A DNA stretch of 64,000 nt from Lentisphaerales bacterium (GTDB lineage Bacteria; Verrucomicrobiota; Kiritimatiellia; SPBP01): NCBI GenBank assembly GCA_032123355.1, contig JAQBFM010000100.1:3944-67943 (forward strand), in the 5' to 3' direction. The first letter of the stretch is position 1. Each line of letters opens with the position of its first letter. Below, piece by piece: positions 8,521-17,805 of this stretch. The notes beneath the pieces are model-generated. The model was not told where the DNA came from. It did not search any database and saw only the letters and a program-made list of their open reading frames with translations. The position numbers and the translations under genes are program-made.

Positions 8521-11501
8521 GGGCAGGGGTCGTTTCTTCCGACTTTAGCGGTCTCGCGTTTCACGGGCGCCGCGACCCGGGGCATTGCCTCGGGTCCACC
8601 GCCCGGGTCACCGCCCCTCGACATCGGACCTGTGGGCGACGTCCGGCCACCAAGCATCGCAACCTCGTCATGAACAAGGGTCTTTGGCAGCGACGATACG
8701 AATTGCCTGAATGCATCAAGGCTAGTGGAAGAACGGAAGACCTTGGATGCAACTTCTTCCTTGATGTCCGCCATCAGGGTCTCAAACATCCCGAATGCTT
8801 CCCGCTTATACTCAATCAATGGATCCTGCTGACCGTACGCTCGCAACCCGACCCCTTGCCTGAGCCCGTCCATCGCCCTCAGGTAGTCCTGCCACCTACT
8901 GTCGATGGCATGCAACATAATATGCCGTTCCATCTCATTGATCGAATTTGGATTCTCGGTTCGGATTTTCAGTTCATAGGCGGATTTGACCATCCCAAAC
9001 AGCTTGTCGGCAGCGGGTTCCGGGTCTACTCCCCTGAACTCCTCCTGTCTCACGGCCACCGGGAATGTAAGCAAAACCCAGTCTGCAAAAGCTTTTGCGG
9101 CTTCCTCGCTTCGTTCGGCCAGCATTGAGGCTGTCCTGTCGTTAACTACATCCCAGATAAGATCGTACAGCTGTTCGCGCACGTTGGAATTCCGCACGAT
9201 TTCGCCCCTCATGCCATAAACAATCTTGCGCTGCTTATTCATGACATCGTCATACTCAAGTGTTCGCTTGCGGATTGCGAAATTCTGCTGCTCTACCCGT
9301 TTCTGCGCAGTCTCAATGGACCTGTTCAACCACCTGTGTTCTAGGACCTGCCCCTCCTCCAGCCCGAGCCGGTCCAGTATGCCGGCAATTCGGTCGGACC
9401 CGAACAGCCTCATCAGGTCGTCTTCCAGCGACACGTAGAATCTTGAAACGCCGGGGTCTCCCTGCCTTGCACAGCGCCCGCGCAACTGTCGGTCAATTCG
9501 TCTGGCTTCATGTCGTTCAGAACCTATCACGTACAATCCACACGGATTCTCAACGAGAATATCGCGTAGCGTCTTGCCATCTACCTTGCCGTCAAGCGGT
9601 ATGTCAGATTCGACTACCGGGCGAGCGATCTGCACGACGCCTTCACCCAGCTTTATGTCAGTGCCACGGCCCGCCATGTTCGTAGCGATTGTGACAGTTC
9701 CCTTCTCGCCCGCGCGGGCCACGATCTCGGCCTCACTGGCGTGTTGCTTCGCATTTAGAACATTGTGAGGGATCTTTGCCCGCTTCAGCATTCTGCCGAT
9801 CAACTCCGAAGTCTCCACCGATATCGTACCCACAAGAACCGGCTGACCGCGTTCGTGGCAATCGGCGATATCCTCGATAATGGCCCTGTACTTTTCCCGC
9901 TGCGTCTTGTAGATGCGGTCATCGAAGTCCAAACGCCGCACCGGACGGTTGGTCGGCATGACCACAACATCCAGCCCATACGTCTCGTGAAACTCGGATG
10001 CCTCGGTTTCGGCAGTACCAGTCATACCGGCAAGTTTATCGTACATACGGAAGTAGTTCTGAATAGTGATCGTGGCCAGCGTCTGTGTTTCCCGTTCTAT
10101 CTCAACACCTTCCTTCGCTTCGACGGCCTGATGCAACCCATCGCTCCATCTCCGGCCAGGCAGGATCCTGCCGGTAAACTCGTCAACAATGAATACGCGA
10201 TTATTCTGCACGACATACTGCACGTCCTTCTCATACATGCAATATGCCCGGATCAACTGGTCAACGTTCTGGATGCGCTCGCTCTTCGCCATGAAGTCTT
10301 CCTGGATCTTGCTACGACGTTTCAGCTTTTCATCTTCCGACAATTCCTCGTTTGCCTCGATATCGGCGGTTGCCGTGACAAGATCGGGCAGCACGTATCC
10401 CTCGGGATCGCTCGGATTCAACGCTTCACAGCCTTTCTCGGTCAAACTCGCGTCGTGCCCTTTCTCGTCTATGACAAAGTATAGCTCTTCCCGCAGGGCC
10501 CGGGCCTCGTCCTTGTGCATGTCCGTAAGCATCGTGTCTTCAATCCGTTCGAGTAGCCGCCGCGTAGCCGGTTCTTCCAGCATGTGCATGAACTGCTTGT
10601 GCTTGGGCATCCCCTGGTGCACTCGGTACAGGTAGGGCTGAGCTTCGGAGTCTTCGCCTTTCTCGAGGTGTTCCCTGGCCACCATCATGTACCGGTTCAC
10701 CAGCTCCCGCTGTTTTCGGACCAGCGCGTCCACCTTGGGACGCAGTTCCTTGTACTGGTGTGACGATTCCGCCACGGGACCGGAGATAATCAGTGGAGTC
10801 CGAGCCTCGTCGATAAGGATGCTGTCTACCTCGTCGATAATGGCATAGAAGTGGTCCCGTTGGACCTGGTCCTCGGCACGTGTTGCCATCCCGTTATCGC
10901 GCAGGTAATCGAACCCGAACTCACTGTTGGTTCCGTAGGTAATATCCATGGAATATTGCTCCCGCCGTTCAGCGGGATCCATGTCGTTCTGGATACATCC
11001 GACCGTGACACCGAGCCGTTCATACAGCAGCCCCATCCATTCGGCATCTCGACGGGCCAGGTAGTCGTTGACCGTCACAATGTGCACACCGCGGCCTGAC
11101 AGGGCATTGAGGTAGGCCGGCATCGTAGCCACAAGCGTCTTGCCTTCGCCCGTAGCCATTTCGGAAATACCGCCACGATGAAGTGCGATGCCGCCGATCA
11201 ACTGCACATCGAACGGCACCATCTCCCATTTCACCGTACGCCCACAGACCTGGTACTCCGTACCGAGCAGACGGCGGCTGCAGTTCTTCACGACTGCGAA
11301 GGCCTCGCACATGATGTCGTCGAGTGTTTCTCCTTCGGAGACCCGGCGCCTGAATTCCGCCGTCTTCTCACCAAGCTCTGCGTCCGACAAAGACTTGTAC
11401 TGCCCATCCAGTTCGTTGATTCTGTTGATGAACGATCGGACCGCCTTGACAGTTCGGGCGTTCTTGGTTCCGGCCATCTTTCTGACGAGCCATCCTATCA
11501 T
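8472..11501 (-). CDS. secA: Preprotein translocase ATPase SecA
   Basis: Walker [19 protein letters not shown]-like [20 protein letters not shown], and the C-terminal zinc-binding tail [15 protein letters not shown]. Confidence 0.95.
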   Translation of the reverse strand: MIGWLVRKMAGTKNARTVKAVRSFINRINELDGQYKSLSDAELGEKTAEFRRRVSEGETLDDIMCEAFAVVKNCSRRLLGTEYQVCGRTVKWEMVPFDVQLIGGIALHRGGISEMATGEGKTLVATMPAYLNALSGRGVHIVTVNDYLARRDAEWMGLLYERLGVTVGCIQNDMDPAERREQYSMDITYGTNSEFGFDYLRDNGMATRAEDQVQRDHFYAIIDEVDSILIDEARTPLIISGPVAESSHQYKELRPKVDALVRKQRELVNRYMMVAREHLEKGEDSEAQPYLYRVHQGMPKHKQFMHMLEEPATRRLLERIEDTMLTDMHKDEARALREELYFVIDEKGHDASLTEKGCEALNPSDPEGYVLPDLVTATADIEANEELSEDEKLKRRSKIQEDFMAKSERIQNVDQLIRAYCMYEKDVQYVVQNNRVFIVDEFTGRILPGRRWSDGLHQAVEAKEGVEIERETQTLATITIQNYFRMYDKLAGMTGTAETEASEFHETYGLDVVVMPTNRPVRRLDFDDRIYKTQREKYRAIIEDIADCHERGQPVLVGTISVETSELIGRMLKRAKIPHNVLNAKQHASEAEIVARAGEKGTVTIATNMAGRGTDIKLGEGVVQIARPVVESDIPLDGKVDGKTLRDILVENPCGLYVIGSERHEARRIDRQLRGRCARQGDPGVSRFYVSLEDDLMRLFGSDRIAGILDRLGLEEGQVLEHRWLNRSIETAQKRVEQQNFAIRKRTLEYDDVMNKQRKIVYGMRGEIVRNSNVREQLYDLIWDVVNDRTASMLAERSEEAAKAFADWVLLTFPVAVRQEEFRGVDPEPAADKLFGMVKSAYELKIRTENPNSINEMERHIMLHAIDSRWQDYLRAMDGLRQGVGLRAYGQQDPLIEYKREAFGMFETLMADIKEEVASKVFRSSTSLDAFRQFVSSLPKTLVHDEVAMLGGRTSPTGPMSRGGDPGGGPEAMPRVAAPVKRETAKVGRNDPCPCGSGRKYKKCCGAAQ

Positions 11502-11611
11502 TCACACCTCTTCGGACCGTGATGTCTCCCGCGTGGCTCGGTCCTGTTTCTTATGATGCATGGACAATTGTCGGGCTGCCGGAACATGGTCAATTGCCAA
11601 TCCGGAACACC

Positions 11612-12343
11612 CTACTTCCCGAGTGCAAGCCGTTCGGCAAGACAATCGGGAAGGCCGGCGTTAATGATCTTCCTCTGCGCCGTCTCAATATCATACTCAA
11701 TCCTGCGCAGTTCCACTTCTCTTTCCTGCATGTCGTATATTACGTACGATGCGAATGGATTGCCATCCCTCGGCTGACCCACGCTCCCGACGTTGATGAA
11801 GTATTTCTCTCCCCGCTCAATCTTCATTCTGTCCAGTTGCATCGTCTTAATGCGACTGCCATAGCGGAACGCAATTGGAACATGCGTATGACCATGGAAA
11901 CAGACCGGGGTAACCTGGTAGCTGAAATGGTTCATGGCATCCAGATCGTCAAACACATATCCCCACTGATCCGGCAGGTCCAGCGTAGCGTGAACGATCA
12001 TGAAGCCCGCAACTGCCCGCTTGTACCGGAGATTCTTGAGCCATGCCCTCTGTTGTTCGGATAGTTTCTTGCGTGTCCAGTCGATCACGGCGGCAGCAAG
12101 CGGATGAAAACTCCCCAGATCCTCATTGTGCGAGCAATAGTGATCGTGATTCCCTCGTATGCACGGACAATTGAGCCCTCGAAGTCTCTCAAGGCACTCT
12201 ATCGGATTGGCGTTGTAGCCGACGATGTCGCCAACGCAAGCGTAAGACGTCACATTCTGTGAAGCCGCATCCTGCAGCACGGCATTCAAGGCTTCCCAGT
12301 TGCCGTGTACATCGCCGACTATTGCGTAACGTTCGTGAGCCAT
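11612..12343 (-). CDS. Calcineurin-like metallophosphoesterase (YfcE/MPP superfamily)
   Basis: GDVHGN, GDIVGY, GNHD and GHTH metal-ligand motifs. Confidence 0.7.
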   Translation of the reverse strand: MAHERYAIVGDVHGNWEALNAVLQDAASQNVTSYACVGDIVGYNANPIECLERLRGLNCPCIRGNHDHYCSHNEDLGSFHPLAAAVIDWTRKKLSEQQRAWLKNLRYKRAVAGFMIVHATLDLPDQWGYVFDDLDAMNHFSYQVTPVCFHGHTHVPIAFRYGSRIKTMQLDRMKIERGEKYFINVGSVGQPRDGNPFASYVIYDMQEREVELRRIEYDIETAQRKIINAGLPDCLAERLALGK

Positions 12344-12365
12344 TGAGGGAAAGACCCGGGGGTTG

Positions 12366-13043
12366 TCATACATCCAGTAGGGACGTTGCGATGGCTAGAT
12401 CTTCGGGGACCGTTATCTTGATGTTGCGCCAGGAAGAGGGAACCAGCCTTATGCCTTTGTGAACAAGCTCGACTGCCGAGGCCTCATCGGTCACCGTAAG
12501 GCGCTTCTTATTCGCTGCTGCATACCCCTGCTCCAGGAGCTCTTTCTTGAAAGTCTGGGGAGTCTGCACGGCCCATAGGTGAGCCCTGTCGATCGTCTTG
12601 GAAACAACCATGCCCTTGGGCACTTCCTTGACAGTGTCCGTGATCTTGGCCGCAGCCACGCCTGAGCCGTATCTCTTTGCCGACTTGATTGTCTCGGAAA
12701 TCAGCTGCGGGGTTACGCAGGGTCGCGCCCCGTCATGCACGGCCACGATGGTCACCTCTTCATCCATTTCTGCAAGACCGTTACATACGGAGTCCTGTCG
12801 CCTGCTGCCACCGGGCAGAACCTTGGTAACCTTCGAGCAGCCGTATAGCTGCACCAGGCCACGCGCAGCACTCAGACGGTCCTTGCGCACAACAAGAATA
12901 ATAGTGTCAATGTCGGTGCAGTTTTCGAATGCCAGCATGGAATAGGCCAAGACAGGCTGGGTTCCGAGGGAAAGGAACGCCTTGTCGGCCTGCGGACCCA
13001 TCCGTTCGCTCTTGCCTCCTGCTACAACCAATCCTGCAATCAT
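12366..13043 (-). CDS. ispD: 2-C-methyl-D-erythritol 4-phosphate cytidylyltransferase
   Basis: IAGLVVAGGKSERMG N-terminal motif and IspD fold. The ORF extends upstream to 13172, but the conserved N-terminus starts at the internal Met (~13043). Confidence 0.85.
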   Translation of the reverse strand: MIAGLVVAGGKSERMGPQADKAFLSLGTQPVLAYSMLAFENCTDIDTIILVVRKDRLSAARGLVQLYGCSKVTKVLPGGSRRQDSVCNGLAEMDEEVTIVAVHDGARPCVTPQLISETIKSAKRYGSGVAAAKITDTVKEVPKGMVVSKTIDRAHLWAVQTPQTFKKELLEQGYAAANKKRLTVTDEASAVELVHKGIRLVPSSWRNIKITVPEDLAIATSLLDV

Positions 13044-13146
13044 ATCATTCTCCCCAAAAAGCTCGTCTAGATGCTTTGAAGTTTGGGCCAATCGTCCCCC
13101 GCAGTCAAGGCAATTGCGACAGAGCATGACGCAGATCATGAACCTG

Positions 13147-14709
13147 TCACAGGAACCTGCCGGCGCGATCACCGGTCAGGCGTCCGTCCGTGATCGTCAG
13201 GACTCCGTTCACAATCAGGTGCTCAACACCTTCGGCAAGACGATGTGGACTACCGTAGTCGGAGATATCGCGTAACCGTGACGGATCGAACACCGTGATG
13301 TCGGCCATGGCCCCCTTCTTCAAGACGCCACGATCAGTCAGGTTGAAATGATCGGCAGGCAGGGATGTCATCTTCCTGACCGCTTCCGGAAGTCCCACTG
13401 TGTTGCCATCAATTGATGCCCGGAGAAATCGGGGGAAGCTGCCATAGGCGCGTGGATGCGGATAGTCGTGACTGAGTGGCCCGTCTGGTGAACGTAACGA
13501 GGCGTCGGTGCAAAGCATTACAAAGGGCTCAGCAAGAATCCTCCACATATTCTCTTCGCTCATCCCAAAGAAGAAGGCAGAGGTCTTGAGTTCATCCAGC
13601 TCGACCAGTCGCAGAACGGCATCAACCGGGTCAACACCCATATTCTCTGCAACCTCGAGCAGCGGTGTGCCGCGATAGGCTAGGTTGTCAGGATGACTGG
13701 TAGATCCGATTGTTATCCCGGCCCAATCCTCCTCAGAGCTCCTGGCCCGCAGCAGGTCTTCCCTCAGCCTGGCACGATCACCCGAGGTCCGAAGTCGTTC
13801 AAGGGTTCTTGCCCTGCCACCCTCCTCTGCCCATGCCGGAAAGAGGACATCTAATTCCGTGCAACCGGAGATGTAAGGATACCTGTCGGCTGCAACGTCG
13901 ATCCCCGACGCGCGCGCGCGCTGAATAGTTGCCAGCGCCGTCTCGACAAGGTGCCAGTTAGTTCGACCTGCCGTCTTCAAATGCGATACCTGGACACGAC
14001 ACCCACTGTCCCGCCCTATGCATATGGTTTCCTCAATGCTTTCAATCAGATCCCTACCTTCGCTGCGCATATGACTGGTGTAGATGCCACCATGGCGGCC
14101 CGCTACCGAGGCAAGTTCGCTCAGCTCCTCGGGATGTGCGAACACACCCGGCGGATAAACAAGTCCGGTGCTGAGTCCACGCGCTCCCTGCTCAAGGCAT
14201 TCTTCCAGAATCCGCATCATCTCCCGAATTTGGGCCGGGCTGGGAGGTGTGGCATCATAGCCGACAACGCCAGCGCGAAGATTGTTGTGGCCCACCAGCA
14301 GGACTACGTTCGGAGCCGGCCGCACACGGTCAAGCAGAGCGCGGTATTCGGCAACCGATCGCCATGCACCGGGATACGTCTTGTCTGCCCAGTCGGAAGG
14401 CATTTGATAGCCCCCGATGAGGGGCGCCGCTGATGCGCCGCAATTGCCGACAACTTCGGTGGTAATGCCTTGGAATATCTTGCTGGGCGCAGAGGGCTCG
14501 ATAAGCAGATAGGTGTCGGAATGTGAATGGGTATCAACAAAGCCCGGACAGACGATCATGCCCGTGGCGTTGATTTCCCGGCGGGCAGAAACTGCTGACA
14601 GTTCGCCCAACTCGACGATCCTGTCTCCAGCCAATCCGACGTCGCCGCGGAGCTCGGAGGCGCCGGTACCGTCAACTATTCTGCCGCCTGAGATTTTCAG
14701 TTCGAGCAT
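13147..14709 (-). CDS. Amidohydrolase-superfamily N-acyl-D-amino-acid deacylase (D-aminoacylase-like)
   Basis: GFVDTHSHSD metal-binding motif, a composite beta-barrel N-terminus (KISGGRIVDGTG) and a long D-aminoacylase-type C-terminal domain. Confidence 0.75.
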   Translation of the reverse strand: MLELKISGGRIVDGTGASELRGDVGLAGDRIVELGELSAVSARREINATGMIVCPGFVDTHSHSDTYLLIEPSAPSKIFQGITTEVVGNCGASAAPLIGGYQMPSDWADKTYPGAWRSVAEYRALLDRVRPAPNVVLLVGHNNLRAGVVGYDATPPSPAQIREMMRILEECLEQGARGLSTGLVYPPGVFAHPEELSELASVAGRHGGIYTSHMRSEGRDLIESIEETICIGRDSGCRVQVSHLKTAGRTNWHLVETALATIQRARASGIDVAADRYPYISGCTELDVLFPAWAEEGGRARTLERLRTSGDRARLREDLLRARSSEEDWAGITIGSTSHPDNLAYRGTPLLEVAENMGVDPVDAVLRLVELDELKTSAFFFGMSEENMWRILAEPFVMLCTDASLRSPDGPLSHDYPHPRAYGSFPRFLRASIDGNTVGLPEAVRKMTSLPADHFNLTDRGVLKKGAMADITVFDPSRLRDISDYGSPHRLAEGVEHLIVNGVLTITDGRLTGDRAGRFL

Positions 14710-14858
14710 GGACCTGCCTGAGTCCTCAGACCTTCGCGCCTGCCCAGGGTTCATCCCGGGGATCTTCTGCTGTATTTCTTCTCGTTCCCTTTGCGCCAGT
14801 GTGACGAAGTTCCTCAGCTTGTCGAAGGCCGGCTGTCGATGCCCGTGTTAATCGGCGT

Positions 14859-15446
14859 TCAATTGTTTTCCTCGCCCTGATCATCAGCATCCGACTCTTC
14901 GTCAGGCGGAGAGTTACTCGGCCCGGATTCCGGCCCCTCAGTCGATCCGCCACCCCCAAGCAATTGCGATACTTCGCGCTGAACATGTCCCAGCTGGTCA
15001 AGTTGCAGATGGGGATCGGGCACCAGGAACACCTCGCCGGTCTTCCTGTACTCGAAAACCAGAGTGATGTTTCCCTCGTCATCTTTCTTCCTGTCCCGTT
15101 CTACGAGCATCTTCTTCCGCTCCAGCATTACGGCAAGAAGGTATATGACATTTCCGTTCGCATCGTCTTCCGTCGCAATGAGTTTTCGCAGCAGGTTTTC
15201 AGCGGTTTCCTTCTTCAAGGCTTCTTCCGGAGGTGGGGCCGGCGGACGAAACACACCTTTCCAACTCCCTTCACCGGCAGAGTCATCTACACTGTGCGCT
15301 TTCCAGCATTCGCAACAGTAGTCCCTCCGATCGAGTTCCTCCTCGCTGAAAACAAGAAGAGACTGGTATTCCTGGTCTGCCACGAACGGCCTTTCGCAGG
15401 TGCAACAGGTGCTCCCGCACGGTCTTATGTCCCAATCCTGCGCCAC
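14859..15446 (-). CDS. Cys-rich hypothetical protein with an acidic C-terminal tail, translationally coupled to rimO (probable GTG start)
   Basis: CGSTCCTCE...DYCCECW cysteine clusters; tail SNSPPDEESDADDQGEENN. A GTG at 15446 lies 6 nt after an AGGAGA Shine-Dalgarno that overlaps the rimO stop codon. The longer ATG-initiated ORF would overlap rimO by more than 60 nt. Confidence 0.5.
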   Translation of the reverse strand: MAQDWDIRPCGSTCCTCERPFVADQEYQSLLVFSEEELDRRDYCCECWKAHSVDDSAGEGSWKGVFRPPAPPPEEALKKETAENLLRKLIATEDDANGNVIYLLAVMLERKKMLVERDRKKDDEGNITLVFEYRKTGEVFLVPDPHLQLDQLGHVQREVSQLLGGGGSTEGPESGPSNSPPDEESDADDQGEENN

Positions 15447-15456
15447 TTCGCTTCTC

Positions 15457-16878
15457 CTATCCTGACACCGGCAGGTGACCAGCCCGGTCTGCACCCGTGG
15501 CCTCGGCGTCCATATCATATCCACTGACCGATGTGTACTGCACATTGACCAGGCCGCCCGGAGCCAACTGCTCCTGAACTCCGGCAACGGCGACTTGACC
15601 GTCAACATCGGGTGCCTGACGACGAGAGCGCCCACACCATATGCCCGATCCGTCCGACGCCGGACGTTCTAACAGAATTCTGTCATGCTTGCCAAGCAGC
15701 TTGACTCCTTTCCGGGCAATAATCTCCTGCTGCGCGAGCATCAGTCTTTCCCTGCGCTCAAGCGCCGTTTCCGTCGCAGGCCGATTCGGCAGCGACGCCG
15801 CGCGCGTGTTTTCCTGCTGCGAGAAAGTAAAAACACCCAGGTGGTCGAATTCTGATGCGATTACGTATCCCAGCAAGTGCTGAAAATGTGCTTCGGTCTC
15901 GCCGGGATAACCTACAAGGCATGTGGTCCTGAGTGCGATGTCCGGCACGCCCCTCCGCACGCGCGCGGGCATGGCCGCGACACCACCGTACCTGTCGTCC
16001 TCGCGCAGCATTGCCTTCAACACGGAGGGGTGGCTGTGCTGTACAGGGACGTCGAGATATCGGCACATCTGCCCCAGTTCGCCGATGGCGGAAAGCAACT
16101 CGTCGGATACGTGGCAAGGATGCCCGTATAGTAAACGAATCCAGAATTCACCACCGATCGAAGCCAACGCGCGCAACAGCACGGCGATATCGGAGCCATC
16201 GTCAAGATCGTCGCCGTACAGCGTGCTGTTCTGGGAAATCAGGTTCAACTCACGCACCCCGTTCTCCAGCAGGTTCTCCGCTTCGCGAACAATGCCGTTG
16301 ACGGGCCGGGACCTGTAAGGACCTCTTATCGCCGGTATCGCGCAGAAAGCACAGCCATGACTGCAGCCTTCAGCGATCTTCAAGTAAGCACAGGGCCCGC
16401 CCGAAAACAGGATCCTGTCCGACGGAGGCTCGAACAGCGCAGTTGATCGTGGGGAGATCCGAACGATGCCCGATTCCCCCGAAATCACCTGCTTGATGAC
16501 TGTCCCGATCTTGTCGAGTTCGTCCAGCCCGATGAACGCATCTACTTCCGGCAATTCTGCGCAGAGCCCGGCCCCGTAACGCTGCGGCAGGCAACCAGCC
16601 ACAACGACGCTCCGACACCTTCCGTCTTCCTTGAGCGCACACGCCTCGAGTATCGCGTCTATTGATTCTTCCTTCGCACTGTCGATAAATGCACAGGTAT
16701 TCACAAGCACTACGTCAGCATCCTCCGGCGATGGCGCAAGCTTCAGCCCTTCCGCCAGCAGCGTGGAAGCCATGTATTCGGAGTCAACCAGGTTCTTGGC
16801 ACATCCGAGGCTGATGAACCCAACCGTTAGACCGGTCGAGTCCGACTTTGACCTGCAGCTTTTGTCTGAATCAGGCAT
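15457..16878 (-). CDS. rimO: Ribosomal protein S12 methylthiotransferase RimO (radical SAM, MiaB family)
   Basis: MTTase N-domain (GFISLGCAKN), radical SAM CSHGCAFCAIP, C-terminal TRAM domain. Confidence 0.9.
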   Translation of the reverse strand: MPDSDKSCRSKSDSTGLTVGFISLGCAKNLVDSEYMASTLLAEGLKLAPSPEDADVVLVNTCAFIDSAKEESIDAILEACALKEDGRCRSVVVAGCLPQRYGAGLCAELPEVDAFIGLDELDKIGTVIKQVISGESGIVRISPRSTALFEPPSDRILFSGGPCAYLKIAEGCSHGCAFCAIPAIRGPYRSRPVNGIVREAENLLENGVRELNLISQNSTLYGDDLDDGSDIAVLLRALASIGGEFWIRLLYGHPCHVSDELLSAIGELGQMCRYLDVPVQHSHPSVLKAMLREDDRYGGVAAMPARVRRGVPDIALRTTCLVGYPGETEAHFQHLLGYVIASEFDHLGVFTFSQQENTRAASLPNRPATETALERRERLMLAQQEIIARKGVKLLGKHDRILLERPASDGSGIWCGRSRRQAPDVDGQVAVAGVQEQLAPGGLVNVQYTSVSGYDMDAEATGADRAGHLPVSG

Positions 16879-17014
16879 GTCTCTTCCCGCATTCCCGTTT
16901 ATGCTAGAAGTGCGTCGGACTTAGCTCCTCCTGCGTCGGAGCAAGGTCCTCGCCCTGCAAGTTAGTTTTGCTTCGCAAAAAACAGGTTTATTCAGTTCAA
17001 AACAAGGAGAAGCA

Positions 17015-17058
17015 TCGAATGGCGCTTTATGTTGCGCGCAACATAAAGCGCCATTCGA
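17015..17058. repeat. Perfect 44-bp palindrome TCGAATGGCGCTTTATGTTGCG|CGCAACATAAAGCGCCATTCGA in the rodZ-like/rimO intergenic region
   Basis: Read directly from the sequence; the reverse complement equals itself. It lies 127 nt downstream of the rodZ-like stop and ~137 nt upstream of the rimO start, in the most AT-rich stretch of the window. Confidence 0.95.
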
Positions 17059-17184
17059 GACAAGCATCTGTCCGACATATTTTCATCCAGAATGAAATGC
17101 ACAATGTGGTCTATCGGCACCCATTATCTTGCGAAGAATACCTCTGCTGAAAGCCGGACGAAGGGATGCCGGTGTCGGCCCCTG

Positions 17185-17805
17185 TTACGGAGCCCCGTCG
17201 TAGTACGCGTCCGGAGGTTCAACAATGAAACGCGAAGCATTGTCCTTTTCGAGCTTGCCGGACACCGGAGTGCGGCGGCGCGGCCCACCGTACCTGCTGA
17301 GGGCCGATACTGCGAAGACCAGAATGAATAGAATCCCGATACCAATTGACAGGACTTTCCACGGATCTTCAGAGAATGCAGCCCTGATTCTGCGTCCCAG
17401 GCCAAGTATGCGTATTCCACGAAATGGACTCAGCGCCTGCCAGTCAATCCGTGAGCGACGTCCGTCTTTCTCCGTCTCTCTTTCCCCGTCGACTGTTGAC
17501 CCGATATCGCTACACAGGGAAGGAGGTGTCCCACCGTCGACCTGTGCCACGTAATCATCTATAAGCGGATCGGGATCGAGTCCGAGGTATTCCGCATACA
17601 TCCTGATGAAACCTTTGCCGTATATGGGTGCGGCAATTCTGGAGAACTCCTCGTTCTCGAGATCCTGGATAGTCTGGATCTTTATTCGAGTTGCAGCCGC
17701 TGCCTGCGACTCGGACACCTTCTTCTTCTGCCGTGCTTCCCGGAGTGTTCTGCCAAGTGTCACTCTTTCACGCCCCTCTTGCCGACCAACGCCGGCAGGC
17801 TGCAT
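17185..17805 (-). CDS. HTH (XRE-like) membrane protein, RodZ-like architecture
   Basis: N-terminal HTH (LGRTLREARQKKKVSESQAAAATRIKIQTIQDLE), a single TM helix (ILFILVFAVSAL) and a C-terminal extracytoplasmic tail. The start ATG overlaps the ftsK stop by 1 nt. Confidence 0.5.
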   Translation of the reverse strand: MQPAGVGRQEGRERVTLGRTLREARQKKKVSESQAAAATRIKIQTIQDLENEEFSRIAAPIYGKGFIRMYAEYLGLDPDPLIDDYVAQVDGGTPPSLCSDIGSTVDGERETEKDGRRSRIDWQALSPFRGIRILGLGRRIRAAFSEDPWKVLSIGIGILFILVFAVSALSRYGGPRRRTPVSGKLEKDNASRFIVEPPDAYYDGAP

